64,000 bases of DNA from Nageia nagi (Eukaryota; Plantae; Pinophyta), in NCBI GenBank assembly GCA_050084985.1, contig JBITNC010000001.1, positions 101,246,001 through 101,310,000 on the forward strand, in the 5' to 3' direction. Every line of letters begins with the position of its first letter. Position 1 is the first letter of the stretch. The notes beneath the pieces were generated by a model. The model saw only the letters and a program-made list of their open reading frames with translations. It searched no databases and was not told where the DNA came from. The position numbers and the translations under genes were made by a program. This document shows positions 49,331 through 61,927 of this stretch, piece after piece.

Positions 49331-52300
49331 TTATGTAATATTTTAAGTTGTTCGCTTTATTTATTGTATGAATATGAAATATGTGGATTGTTTTGGTGTG
49401 TCTAATGATCTTGAGTTTAACAAGATATTCTGAATTATGTTATACCTTGAAATTGATCTTTATGATGTAAGAAAATTAAGATAATATTGTATCAATGTTG
49501 ATTAAGCAACTTTACGAATATGCTTCTTGATGTGTTAAGTAACGGAAGTTTGAATTAAGTTGAATAAGATTTTAGTTACGAAATAAAACTTTGAGGAGCT
49601 TATGTTGCTATAGATTTCAATAAGAAGTACTAATCTTAAGAATTAGAAAACTTATGATAGTGATTTATTTATTTGAGATGATGTAATGTGCACTATTAAA
49701 CAAGTACTTGAATATACATTCGTAACATGAAGGATCAATATGTGTATGTAATGAAGCTATATCAAATGATGATTGGAAGTTATCTAAATCTATCTTTAAA
49801 AAAAAATTGTGTGGATTTAAAGTGATTTTGAGTGAGCTCTAACAAAAATGACAAGCACCAAATCATCTATACACCAGCAAGGTAACTAGACAACATACTA
49901 ATGGAACTTTGAGACTCTAGACTAGTGATGGACAAAAACAAATCAATGATTTTTTCAACAGTGATTCATCTGTATCTGATGTTAGGAGAGATTAATTCTG
50001 GATATTCTCTCATCTTTGCATAGCATGTTTTACACTTTTTGTATTCATTTTCTATTTTCTCTTTGGTCGAGCACTTTTGACCCACCTACTTGTAGTTCTC
50101 ACTATCCTATTTTCCCAATCCCTTGGATCACTTTTGGTCCACCATGGACATTAATAATATTTCATTTCATTTCATAATACACCTTTAGGTAAGGACATAT
50201 ATCAGTAGCCCTATAATATGTACACTGACATTCATATTAAGATCATCTTCTATACATAAACATATACCTTATTGGTTACATGCATGCATATACATATATA
50301 TCCGGATCACTCTCCCTAGTTATAGCGAAATGATTGATTTTCATCCAACCAAAAGTGTGGTTTCTCTTCAGAATTGTCAGCCACAAATTGTAAGTACAGT
50401 AAGTTACTTGGAATGTTTCTATGGTGCTTCAAGAACTAGAGTTGGCAAGAACAAGGCAAAGTTTGAGTTATTACTGATAATGCTGCTCCATAGCAGATCA
50501 GTCCAACTGGAAATAAGTGCCAAATGGTACAACTGTGAGATACTGGGATCCTCTATTGTTTTCGTGTATCTACTAAAGAAGTGGGAATGGATTAAGTTAA
50601 AAACTCTAAAACGGTATAATATAGGCAAAGATTGCCAACTTACAATTTTGCCTAGTTATATTCTAGCAAAGATGGACCACTTTGTCACATTAGAGACTGT
50701 CCTACTTTGTTGCAAAGACCACTCATACTCATCCTATTCCCACCAGTGTAGGGTTCTACAGCCTGCCAAAATGATCCATCGCAAAGGTCCTACTGGTCAA
50801 CACAAGTATCAAGGGCTTTTCCTCATTGTCCTAGGAAGGACAAAATTATGGTCCATTTCAAGAGGATTAAATGTAAAATTCTCCAACATGGAGGGTATTT
50901 TTGGAAAGATCTTGAGCCAGACTCATGTATTTACTTCAGTGATATGGATTGCAGGCAATTGCACCCTTTCTGAGATTACCTATATTTAATGAACGTTAGT
51001 GGCAACTTGTGATATTTTATTCAGTAATTTGACCTATAAATACAAGGCCCAAGCATTTAAATGTAACAAGTCCTAGTATGCTTCCTTTATGTTGTCGAAT
51101 TGATGCTGCAAATTAATTTTCTGAAATAGCATAAGGGATAGGTTTCTATTATTGATGCCTCTCCTGTCCTTGTTTCTAAGTAATAATTTATACAATTTTT
51201 AAGTTTAATTACCTGCAGAGTTGGGTACAATAATTTTAAAAGTGTATCTTTTCAGCATTATGGAGTTGGAGAAAGTATCAAAACTGTAACTCCGAAGTCC
51301 TTGACATATGGGTAATGCAATAGTGAATACTTGGCATCTTAGTAAAAATTTGATATCAAGGTTAAAGTATCTATACAGCATATGCTGGAGACAACTTGCT
51401 TTCTCAACAAACTCCTAGTCGTATATCTCATTGAGATTGAGGGTTGACAGACTTCAAGTCGTATTCATTGCAAAAAATGAGATGAGTTGCATTATCATAG
51501 GACTTGGATGTGCTTGGGTGGGTTCTAGGTTGATCATAAAATGTAGATGTGAGCCACGTGTATCACAGATTCCTGTAATCATGCAAATAAAATGGAAACA
51601 ACCATTTGTATTGTGTGGAAACAACTAAAAGAGGATTCTTTAAATTGAAATAAAATGCTTGGACAGATTTTATTGCAGCTCTACTAGAGCTTATTGTATC
51701 AAACTTTTAACAGCATCTATTAAGTTAATCTGAAGGCATTTGAAAATAAGAACTTGCCTTGTTTTGTTTCAAATGACCTGTAACTTTCTGTACGAGTAGT
51801 GTTCATAAAAAAAGTTTTTGAGTTTCATCTAGGGGTTGCAACCACCATTGGACTTGATAACATGATTGTAATTGCTATTTGGTTTTATTTTTTCCTGTGC
51901 ATTTTGTATTTCATGATTATAGGTATATATTTGAAACCAAAGAAGTAAAGGAAGCAACAACTAAAGGGAAGGCTGCCAAAGATGGAAAAATCAATCAATG
52001 GAATCTGTCATTGCATGATTACATGTTCTGTATAACTTATTTATGATTAAAAGCTTGACTTGAGCCACATGCATCACTTGGTCAACATATAACATGGATA
52101 TTATATTCTTATCAAGTCTCACATATCTTGTTTGGTATTCTTATAAAGATCATGCACCCGTTGTTAACGAAGCAATGTTTTGGGTCAGTCTACTCTATCA
52201 ATAATGAATGGATTGCTTAGATGTGGACCATCGTCAATTAGTACAGAAGCATAAAGAAAAGCATGTTAGTTCATCCCTAAAGGAAAATAAAAATGGATGA

Positions 52301-53384
52301 AAGTAGGCACCAATAATAGAACTAGAAGTGTATGGGGTGGAAACATGTAAGGCAAGGGCTCACAATCTCTATAGAAGTCCTTAGATTTAGCATTTTCTAT
52401 ACCAGGTTGATGATTTAATGGTTGTGTATTGAAAATATGTACAAACACAAGAAAAGTGAGATCCTATAATGACTATGTTGAATGTTAACAGTTGGTGTAA
52501 TACAAGCAATTCCAGATGTTGGCGCTTCTAATTTGTCAGCCTTCAGAATCAAGAATAACAGATATGGATCTGAAGCACCTATGCTGAAACTGCAGGTTTC
52601 TTCTAGTTCCAGACAACATCCTTGGCCTCATATAGATCTTTGCAAGCCTGAAATTCAGCTTCACTGTTCGACCATCTCAAAACTTCTCAAGATCCTCAAC
52701 TCCTTACAGATTCAGTCCTCTAATGTCAAAACAGATCTCAAGATGACTGTATAGGACACTATCGAGATTATTACTGGCTGAGAATGCTCTAGATAATACT
52801 TTTGAGGTATAAGAGAGGCATGTACTCCTAACATGAGATGCTCAAAATGTGAACACAGGTCAAATCAAACCCAGGATTCACGAGGCCAACTTGTATTCTA
52901 TATTTTTCTCGTTGTACTAAATATATGAATGATATAAATCAATGAAAAGCACAAAATTATTTTCCGAAGGTATCAATCATAATGAATCTAACTAAAACTT
53001 CATATATGTAAAGGCTTTATCAAAAATATTATTTTCATTCACAGTAGCCAAAAGTGAGTAAATAAATTTTGTGGAGGCATTCCACTACATTCAATTTTGT
53101 GTGTAAAATCTCAGGATGTCAAGGATGCTAAACTATAACATATACAACAAAATGGAGGTCTTTTGCAATTGAAATAAAGAAATAATAAAAATTAAAAAGA
53201 TCCCAACTTCAAGTGAGCAATCTTAATTATGTATACAGAGAATCTTTCTCGAAACTTTCTCCAAAACATTCACTGCAATAAATTTTCATCATTTTCACAA
53301 TACATACAACAGTTCAGAATGTTTAAAGCACAGTTTAATTTCTCATTTGGATTCTATATCAAAGAATTGAATTGAAAACCTTAC

Positions 53385-53535
53385 CCACTCCAAAAGCAAT
53401 TGCTCGTCAGCAGATGGATTTGAATTTGAATTACTCCTGCCACTGACTATCTCAAGAACAAGTATCCCAAAGCTATAAACATCTGCTTTCTTTGTCAGCT
53501 GGCCACGCATGGCATACTCAGGGGCCAAATAACCA
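53385..53535 (-). CDS. Receptor-like kinase exon, subdomains VIII-X
   Basis: Acceptor CTGCACAG|TGGTTAT, donor GAGTGG|GTAAGG; 151 bp, the conserved exon size in DUF26/SD/LRR-VIII RLKs; [33 protein letters not shown]...LLLEW. Confidence 0.95.
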
Positions 53536-54366
53536 CTGTGCAGTACAAAGTGACAAACACGAAATTTAGTTTTAACTGAACAAACTAGATTATTTTTTCA
53601 AGTTCCAAAAACTATGAAACCCAATCAAATTGCAAAAGACCAATTTTATGGTTATCCTCAGAAGAAAGTCTGGCACAATTTCCTATGAAAAGTTATGCGT
53701 TGTTAGCAACAAGCATTTTCTCACACTTTGCTATATCAATGTAACTTGGTTTTGACAGACCAAGTTTTGCGAGCCAATGATTGAGAATCTTACAGATTTG
53801 TCATTTTAAATTCTTTTCCTTTCTAGAATCCTTTGAGTCAATCAGAAGTTACCCTCTTTGGGGTAGGTTTAATACCCACATTCTACCCAATTAACGGGAT
53901 CAAGTCATTGATTTAGGAAGGTCCAATACAAAAATATAATAAAGATATCAACCTAGAGATGAGGATTAACAGGGAAACTTACAAAAATACCCTTATAAGT
54001 TCATGAAATTATCAAAATATCTTTCAGTCTTTGGAAATTACAGAAATACCCCTATAAGTTCATGAAATTACAGTACCCTTCAATCTTTAGAAATTACACA
54101 AATACCCCCGAATGTTTTCAAAATTATAGGAATACCCTTACTTTTTTTTTCTTGCCTTTAGGGTGTTATAACATTTTAAGTTATTTTAAAAAATTTAAGT
54201 TATTATAAAAAATTTAGTTGTTATAAAATTTTAATATTTTAAATTATTATAAAATTTTAAGTTATCATAAAATTTTAATATTTTAACTTTATTATAAAAA
54301 ATTTAGTTATCATAAAATTTTTAAGTTATTATAAAATTTTAAGTTAGTTTGAAAAAAAAAAGTAGA

Positions 54367-57006
54367 ATGCTCCAATCCACTTGAACTGTGGGTTGGAGTG
54401 AAGAATTGATAACAAGGAGCAACACCCTCGTAAGAAAGCCAATTGGAGGTTCTTGCCTATAGGATGGTTGGCCATCAATTTTGATGGCTCCTCCAAAGGC
54501 AATCCAGGCTCGGTTGGGGCTGCAAGAGTGGTGAGAGACCATTTAGGAAGGATTAAGATGATAGTGGCTGAACCATTGGGCCACCAGATGAGTCATTTTG
54601 CAAAGGCAAGGGCGGCGTTCATTAGTCTCTCTATGATTAGTAGGTGCAATTGTACCAATTTGGTTATTAAGGGAGATTCACTAAATGTTATCAACCTGTT
54701 GAAAGGCCACTCTCCGCCTAGGTGGGATATTAGCAATATGGAGTCTAGACGTACCATCAATGATATGAAGCATATCACCATTCTCCATAATTACTGAGAG
54801 GCAAATCACATGGCTGTGCGTATAGCTGACGAAACGGTGAACATGGAGGAGTGGAAAGTTTGGGAGATTGATTACCCGGACCGATTTGAGTTGTTAGCCA
54901 AGGAGGATCGAGATGAACCGAACAAATGGGGCTAACAAGAGTTATTCCTTCGTGTTTAGGAGTTGATCATCGAGTTTTAAATTCAAAAGGAGGGAGGCTG
55001 TGTTGTGCAAGGAGTCTTGGATCAAGTGGATGAGTTGGCTTGAGTTGGAAGGCGAGTGTCAGTTGGAGGTGAAGTGGAAGAGATGGGCCCATCTCAAGAG
55101 ACGCTCTCTATTTGTTAATTAACATTTTAGGCCAGTAAAAACCGTGTAGATTGGGAGGAGGGTGTGTTAGTATTTACCAATTGGTAGATTTCAGTTGATT
55201 TGCGAGCTCTCTCGTGATTTTGAAGGTGCTGGATTATTCGCACGTTAGTCGGGAGGGGGAGATTCCATCGTCAGATTGTGAGATGGACGAAGCAAGTGAT
55301 CATCTTTTCCAAGGCAAGGTGGGATTTCATTTTCTCTAACAACACCGACCTCATGCTCCAGTGGAACGCAACCAAGGGAATGTGTTGGAGGGTTGTGACG
55401 CGGCGGGGAACATGCGATGATTATCCAGCCGGGGGTGGTGTCATCTCACACGGGGTGGCTCTTCTGTTACTTCAGAAGTCACCTCTACGGATTACAAGCT
55501 AGGTGGCCAAGGACTTTCGAGGAGTTGCAAGCACGAGGAGGTAGGATGCGGGGTTATTTTTACAAAAGTAAGCTTGTGTGTAGGCTGACAAACTGGATTC
55601 TCGCTTAGAGCCAAGGAAGCTGAATGTCTCTCCAACCATTAAAACCATTCTAGAGTTGGGTGGATTGCTAAATTTCTTGGAGAAATTTTATGGCCACAAT
55701 GAAGACATCACTAGACAGTTCTTGGAGAGCTATGAAGGGGGGGTTGTCAAAGTTTTCGACATTGATTTCCAAGTGAACCAAAAGCTTCTAGCTGAGGTTA
55801 CGGGGCTATCGGTGTTGGGTGAAACATTGAAGTGCGATAATCATAGCCTCAAGATGGAGCTTGCTAAATTCTGCAAAGGTGGGCCGAAGTTGCAACGAGA
55901 GAAGCATGGAGGGGTTGCATGAATTTCTCTCCCTGAGCCATGGCCAAAAGTTACCTTGGTCATCATGCAGTTCATTACCTTGGATACCACGGATCTCTGG
56001 GTTAGGAGCTTCCATTTTGGCTTCCTGAATCATTTGAAAGGCACAAAAATGAACATCTCGACCTTTCTTTACACTGAACTAGACAAAGCAATCGAGGACT
56101 TCCAAAAGAGCAATGGGAACGATATGTATGATTAGGGGATGATTCTTATGGTGTTTAAGTTTAATGCGAGGAAAATGGGGATTTCAGAGAGCTTCAAATG
56201 GATCGGGAATGAGGCACCAATGGCTCCAACAATTGTGGATGAAAAGCAGCTTTCGTCTTCAGAGAAGAATCGTAGGATCAAATTCGAAGATGAGGATTGG
56301 TAGCCAGCGCATGTTGAAGGGAGTGGGAAGCGGTCTCTTCTGCGTAAAGACAAGAAGGGTGTTATTTATGTGGAAGAGACGAATTCAAAGGCCACTCCTT
56401 AGGAGGTTGAGGACATTGAGCGGGCTATGGAGAAATTTGTGGCGGTTGTAGGTCTTCTAAATGAACAAGAAGGCTTGGTCAGGGATCTGAAGGAGTTAGG
56501 GCAAGAAGGTAAGCAAGTTCTGGAGGGGGAGGATTCGTTGAAGGAGTCGGAGCATGAGGAGGGGCTCCTGGCTAAAGGTAAGCAAGGCCCACCCGAGGCG
56601 AAGGAAGGCTCTTAGTCCACCGACAATAGCAACATTCTCAGTTTGGTTTGTTCTAGTATGCACATTCTAGAAGCCCTTGGCAAGACCCTGCAGAACTTGG
56701 AGGCCAAGGAACGCAAGAAAGGTTGATGGTTTCTAGATGCATGTCGTCGTGTTGGTTTCTTTTGTTGGTGGTAACAATAGTGCTAGTATCTATCTAGTGT
56801 GTGTTCGTAAGGTGTAATAGGTGTTCTAGATAATGTGTTGGAGGTTTTTGACTATTGTCTAATGACCTGGCTAATGGGTGTTCTATAGACATTTTTGTTC
56901 ATTTTGGATGGTCCCTAGTACAACTTCGTTCGTAAGCTTAAATGCTTACTTTAGGGGACTTTGTAATGGGTTAGGATTCCCTTAAAAATCCATCCTCCAA
57001 TACAAG
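54367..57006 (+). mobile_element. 5'-truncated L1-type LINE with RNase H domain and extra downstream ORF(s)
   Basis: Flanked by TGA(9-10)GTAGA direct repeats (54350-54366, 57007-57022); RNase H PIGWLAINFDGSSKGNPG..VRD..IKGDSLNVI..HNY*EAN..A ending ~54935; further coding-like region 55575-56727; 3' UTR. Confidence 0.85.
55575..56727 (+). pseudogene. LINE accessory ORF downstream of ORF2 (unknown function)
   Basis: RLEPRKLNVSPTIKTILELGGLLNFLEKFYGHNEDITRQFLESY...LLAEVTGLSVLGE...LPEPWPKVTLVIMQFITLD..GFLNHL; acidic/coiled-coil tail; a few stops. Confidence 0.65.
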
Positions 57007-57256
57007 TGAAAAAAAAAGTAGAGGTATTTATGTAATTTCCAAATATTGCAAGGTATTTTCGTAATTTCGTAAACTTATGTGGGTATTTCTGTAATTTCCA
57101 AATATTGAGGGGTATTTTGGTAATTTCATAAACATATAGAGGCATTTTGGTAAGTTTTCTTTAAATTTAATTTCTAAATAATTTATAGCATGAAGAAGAC
57201 AATGAATGTTGCAAAAACTATTACCAACTCTTACGATCTACAAAGTGAAATGGGTC

Positions 57257-58109
57257 TGTGATATTCCTTTTATTTTTATTTCTTTATTTCTAGCAAACCC
57301 TCAATATAAAATGCAGAAATAAATTGCAGCGATAAAATAACTCAGAAATTGCTCATAAAATAACACTAGTATGAGGAGAAATCAGCCAATATCATATATA
57401 TTAAATATTTCCAAACCAATACAAAGCTGGAATGGACAAATGAAATCCTCACGAAACTAAAAATGTAACTACAAACTTTCCAAACTGAGTGAATCCCTCC
57501 ACAAAAGAAATGCCACGAACCACTCACAGATGCCTCTTTTTGTATTTTCGATATTTTAGGGCAATAACACCTTCAATGATATTGCCAAGTCCCCAACCAT
57601 GCACCTCCAATGCACTATGGGAATGAGCAAGACCTGCAATCTCAACTCACGGAAACTCTAGGGTTTCAATATTCAATTCTCATATCACATAACATACCCA
57701 AAATGGAGTGTTGCATCTCCTTATATAGACTCCAACCCTAATCTTGCATTGACCCCTCTAAGCTAATCTAAGCCATTGATTGGCCTTATTACAAATAAAA
57801 GTACTTAAAATAATATTAGAATAACATAAAAGTTTATTATAATTCAACATTGCACTTTTAAGTAAAAATCCACTAAGTTAAGTGGATTTTCGTGTGTAGA
57901 CGCGATATGGAAGACTGGTCCGACTGGCGAACTTCAAGTAGCCATAACTCCTTCATTTATTGTCCAAAAGGGGTCATGTGACCACTTAAAACAAATGCCA
58001 CGAGATGCCTATCCAATTCTGAAGGTGCAACGACCATATCTGACTTGTAGGAGAAAAGATTTGTGGAAAATCCCAAATGCAAGATATTCTTAAAAATAGG
58101 GTCATTACA
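57257..58109 (-). repeat. 3' LTR of D1
   Basis: Near-identical inverted copy of 61928-62666, plus ~115 bp absent from D2 (bounded by TATTG microhomology). Confidence 0.92.
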
Positions 58110-58595
58110 AGTCCGCCCTTCTCAAATTGCTTGTCCTCAAGCAATCCCAACACCAACTCTACCCTGACTCAACTGAAACAAATTTAAATCATCTCTGATA
58201 CCAGGATCCCAAACAATTCTACCAAAGAGAACTTTACCAAAACTTTCCCAAATCTCTCTCAAGCCTCCATATGCCTCAAAATTGAGTAAAGTTAAGTCTG
58301 ATTTAACGCAGGCTAGCCAAAACTGAGTATGAAACAGGTCTGATTTCTTCAATACAGCAATGAATGAAGACTGTTGAAACCTCCCAAAATTATCTAAAAT
58401 CATTCCTTCATTGTTTCCAATAGTTGTACTGCTTACATGTCCTTTCATACTGCTGTTTCAAAACTGAACTGAGTGTGCATATCAAAATCTGAAACTTATT
58501 ATTCATATTATGTTTATGCCCAAAACAAATATAACCCAAGCTTCCAAAGGCTGAAATTGCATCTCTCAAACTAGCCAAAACTGAAATAGTAACTT

Positions 58596-59612
58596 TCAAA
58601 CCCAAATCAAAGCAATGTGTTCATGAAAGCAAGTCATGCTTCTAAATGTGGCAAAAGTCCATATTGCTTCTTCATCACCAAGTCCATCATGAATACATAA
58701 CAAGTTTGATTTTCTGATAACAATAGTAAAAACATAATTTTTGTACTCCCAAAATGTAGGCAAACTGTGTGATTCTCCATCCCTCATAGTTGCATTATGT
58801 AGAAGCATCAATAAATCATCAATAATGATGATTGAGCTCTTGGAAAATTGGCTGGAATAAAAGTGTAACAGGTTTGGTTTTCTCTTTCCAACAGCCATAA
58901 ATGCATTACACTTATCTAACCTTGTGCTTTCATTATTTCCCATCATTGTGCCATGCATGAATGAAAGATAACTAGCAAATATCTCAAGAAAATAGTGACT
59001 GAAAATGAAATGTACAGTAGTAATATCACAACCAATTACATAATTTATTACCTCCCATAAGACTTTCAAACCATGCCAAATATTAGTGACTTCATCAAAA
59101 ATGCTTTCCTTGGTCAAAAACATGTTGCACACCTTTTCCAATACTTCTTCATACTGTTGTAGTAACTTTGAACTGAATGTGCACATCATGGATGAAGACT
59201 TACTCACACTTTTATGTTCAAAACCACAACAATCATGACTATGTGCTCCCATAACTGAAAATACACTTTCAAAACCAACCAATGCAAAAAGTATATAACT
59301 TAAATTCATGGCAAAATGAAAATAAGTTACCTTCCCAAATATGTTGGCATCACCACAAAACACCAATTTCTGAAACTCATTATGTTTTCTATCAACAGGT
59401 TCATCCTCATCATGCCCCAAATGAAATAGTACACTGCTGTCATAAAAATCAGAATTCAACTTGTACCTTTGTGGAATGTTTTCATGTCTGCCCAAGTATG
59501 AATTTATCTTCCTTTTCTTCCTATAATTGATCATTGCACCTTTACACATGAAATTTTCTGTTTTTACCTTAACCAAGTTGAGCAAAAGAACACATGCAAT
59601 TTTGCAACTCAT
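58596..59612 (-). CDS. D1 internal ORF, 338 aa, no recognisable domain
   Basis: Open frame from the ORF track, inside the LTR element; no pol motifs seen. Confidence 0.3.
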   Translation of the reverse strand: MSCKIACVLLLNLVKVKTENFMCKGAMINYRKKRKINSYLGRHENIPQRYKLNSDFYDSSVLFHLGHDEDEPVDRKHNEFQKLVFCGDANIFGKVTYFHFAMNLSYILFALVGFESVFSVMGAHSHDCCGFEHKSVSKSSSMMCTFSSKLLQQYEEVLEKVCNMFLTKESIFDEVTNIWHGLKVLWEVINYVIGCDITTVHFIFSHYFLEIFASYLSFMHGTMMGNNESTRLDKCNAFMAVGKRKPNLLHFYSSQFSKSSIIIIDDLLMLLHNATMRDGESHSLPTFWEYKNYVFTIVIRKSNLLCIHDGLGDEEAIWTFATFRSMTCFHEHIALIWV

Positions 59613-59921
59613 GCATATCAGTCTCAGCTCTTATTGCATAAAAAATCATGCAATGTACAATCATATTTGTATAAATTGTAGCCACACTAATTGTCATCAG
59701 AACAGTCCAAAACATCTTGCAAAGTGGAGTGCAAAACATGAAGGAAGATGTACTAATATTTTGACAAGTATATATAAAACCTTCCTTTGTGTATGCTCAA
59801 ATAAACTCACAAATCAAATCAGTTTCATGTGTAAGTTCTGCAATCTGAAAACTGTATGCCATCTTATGTATGTCAATGATCAAATGCCAACTTAAAATCC
59901 TCCAATGTAGTGTGCTCCAAA

Positions 59922-61643
59922 TCAAACCTGAATTGAAGATGTACAAGGGTTTCGAAGTGTACTCAAGAGTCTTATGAACGGTATAAAAGTAGAAAAAATG
60001 CAATCAAGACTACCCAAGTGCTTCTCTAAGACCCATGAATTGCTCAAAATGTCTTCCAACTCCAACAATTTGAAAATGAAATGATTAACTTTCCATCTGG
60101 AACTATTACACATTCTCAAAATGAAATCAAAAATCATCAAGATGAAATTATGAACCAATGCATGCCAAGGTTCAACAAAAAGTACAACCCATCTATCCCA
60201 TTTGCATTTTAAACCATACTTGAAATGTACACAAGTCTCCCAATCAAGTGTGGAATCAGTCCTTTTGCTGCTCCAAAAATTCATCAAACTTGCAACTGTA
60301 ATTCTCTCAATTTTTCCAATCATGGTGCTTCTTTGTTGGCTGTTCCAACCGTTTAAAAGACTGAAAGTATCATGTGAACATGTATGATGAAAAATATGCC
60401 AATTGCTTTCATTTTCTTCTGCAATTTTTCTTATTTTTAAATCAAATTTATTGATTGCAAAAAAGTGAGAATTTTGCACCATTCTACCCACATATAAGAC
60501 TTCAAAAGTCCACTCCAAATACCAAAATTGAATCAACAATTTGTAAATCCACGAAAGCCACAAAAATAAGTGAAAAGATACCACATATCTCCATGAAAAA
60601 GTATCTCCTTCTGCAATGTCCCACTTGAGAAGTGTTCTACACCTCCTACCATGCTGATGCATCCACATGAGAAAAATAAACATTTTGTTTGAAGGAACTA
60701 TGGCTGTAGTAAATTTACCTTTACATAACAGAATTTGTGAAATGTCAAAGGATTGTCCTCCTCCCATGAGATGAGTATGAGACATGTACCATGGCTGAAT
60801 ATGTTTGTGATTCTTTCCTCCAAAAGAACTCTTACCATATATTAAAAGAATTCTTGGATCCCATGCATTTAAAGATTGATCATAATTCTCAAATGTGATT
60901 GATCTTTCCCTCACAAAACTCTTCACACAAGGAAAACTAAGGCCATTATGATCACAATTATCTAAGGGCTTAATTTGGATTTCTAGCCCATTTCTCTCCA
61001 AACTTTCACAAACTGAAAATTCTTCAACATCCTTTTGTAGTTTTCCCATAGAGTATGCAAAAAACAAATTTGAAACATTCTCTAACTCTTTTCCCAAATC
61101 ATGAGCATCATGTTTCTCATTGAATTCATTTTCAACATGTGTAGGTATAAATGTACAAAAGGAAGTATTTTGGTTCTCTTTCAAACATACCTCAAGTGGG
61201 AGAGTAGCATCTCTATCACCAATCTCTTGAGTGAAATCAATCATGCTAGACGAACCATGCTCCATTGCTGAAATGTCTTCACTACTTGCATTTTCTTCAA
61301 AATTTTCTGTTTGGCCCCTTTCCTCTTTTTCAATGGTAGGAACAACTTCAAACTTTTTTGCACAATTCTCCTCAAGCTCTTCTTTTTTATGGAAAATTTC
61401 AGCTTTCTTTGTTTTTCCCAAAGTTGATAAACTATCTTGACCATTAAAGGTGGGAATGGTCATTTTTTGTTGCACTTGTCTTTTCTCTCCCTTAGGTTCA
61501 TTGGTTCCATTTTGTTGCATGTTTACCCTTTTTAATGTCACTATTGCTTGTCTATTTGCTTCCTCTAATGTCACCATCTTTTGCATCAAAACAATCATTG
61601 CATCCATCTTCTGCTCATTCTCTTTTCTCCTGAATAGTTCCAT
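59922..61643 (-). CDS. D1 573-aa ORF with gag-like N-terminus
   Basis: Coiled-coil start, then KMTIPTFNGQD (Gypsy gag K..P.F.G.D motif); remainder not recognisable. Confidence 0.5.
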   Translation of the reverse strand: MELFRRKENEQKMDAMIVLMQKMVTLEEANRQAIVTLKRVNMQQNGTNEPKGEKRQVQQKMTIPTFNGQDSLSTLGKTKKAEIFHKKEELEENCAKKFEVVPTIEKEERGQTENFEENASSEDISAMEHGSSSMIDFTQEIGDRDATLPLEVCLKENQNTSFCTFIPTHVENEFNEKHDAHDLGKELENVSNLFFAYSMGKLQKDVEEFSVCESLERNGLEIQIKPLDNCDHNGLSFPCVKSFVRERSITFENYDQSLNAWDPRILLIYGKSSFGGKNHKHIQPWYMSHTHLMGGGQSFDISQILLCKGKFTTAIVPSNKMFIFLMWMHQHGRRCRTLLKWDIAEGDTFSWRYVVSFHLFLWLSWIYKLLIQFWYLEWTFEVLYVGRMVQNSHFFAINKFDLKIRKIAEENESNWHIFHHTCSHDTFSLLNGWNSQQRSTMIGKIERITVASLMNFWSSKRTDSTLDWETCVHFKYGLKCKWDRWVVLFVEPWHALVHNFILMIFDFILRMCNSSRWKVNHFIFKLLELEDILSNSWVLEKHLGSLDCIFSTFIPFIRLLSTLRNPCTSSIQV

Positions 61644-61927
61644 GATCCACTCTTAGCAAACATCAACCTTAAAACCCATCCAACTAACTGAATCTTCAAA
61701 AACGTCACCTTCTTGTTTTTCCTCTAAAAAACCCTTCTAAAAGCTTAAAACTGCATACAAAGTGTTGAAAAATACCCCTTAGGGTTAGATGTTCAGCTTA
61801 GTATGCTGGATCTGATGCTGCAACTCCAAAATTGGCCTCAAATGGCCCCTCAAAATAGGATTTCCTGATACCCACGAAATTAGGGTTTCTTTCTGCAACC
61901 AAACAAATTACCAACAATCTGCAATAC

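Larger units (their letters stand above)
7760..53384 (-). other. 45.6-kb TE-filled GT-AG intron of the kinase gene
   Basis: Donor TGG|GTAAGG at 53384, acceptor at 7760; the flanking exons are consecutive kinase subdomains and no other kinase exon was seen between them. Confidence 0.8.
53972..57160. mobile_element. Mutator-like MITE (same family as 7938-8368, opposite orientation) split by a LINE
   Basis: GGGAAACTTACAAAAATACCC at left, GGCATTTTGGTAAGTTTTCT at right; 54121-54180 is the reverse complement of 8221-8280; no TSD match. Confidence 0.8.
57257..61927 (-). mobile_element. Element D1: non-autonomous Gypsy-derived LTR element (3' LTR + internal region), interrupted by D2
   Basis: 3' LTR 57257-58109 (TG..CA); PPT GAGAAGGGCGGACT on minus strand at 58110-58123; internal 61060-61927 is the reverse complement of D2 63136-64000. 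Confidence 0.9.

Noticed and set aside
50330-50989. 219-aa plus-strand ORF
   Set aside because: No recognisable motif, random-looking composition, lies antisense in an intron; treated as a chance ORF.
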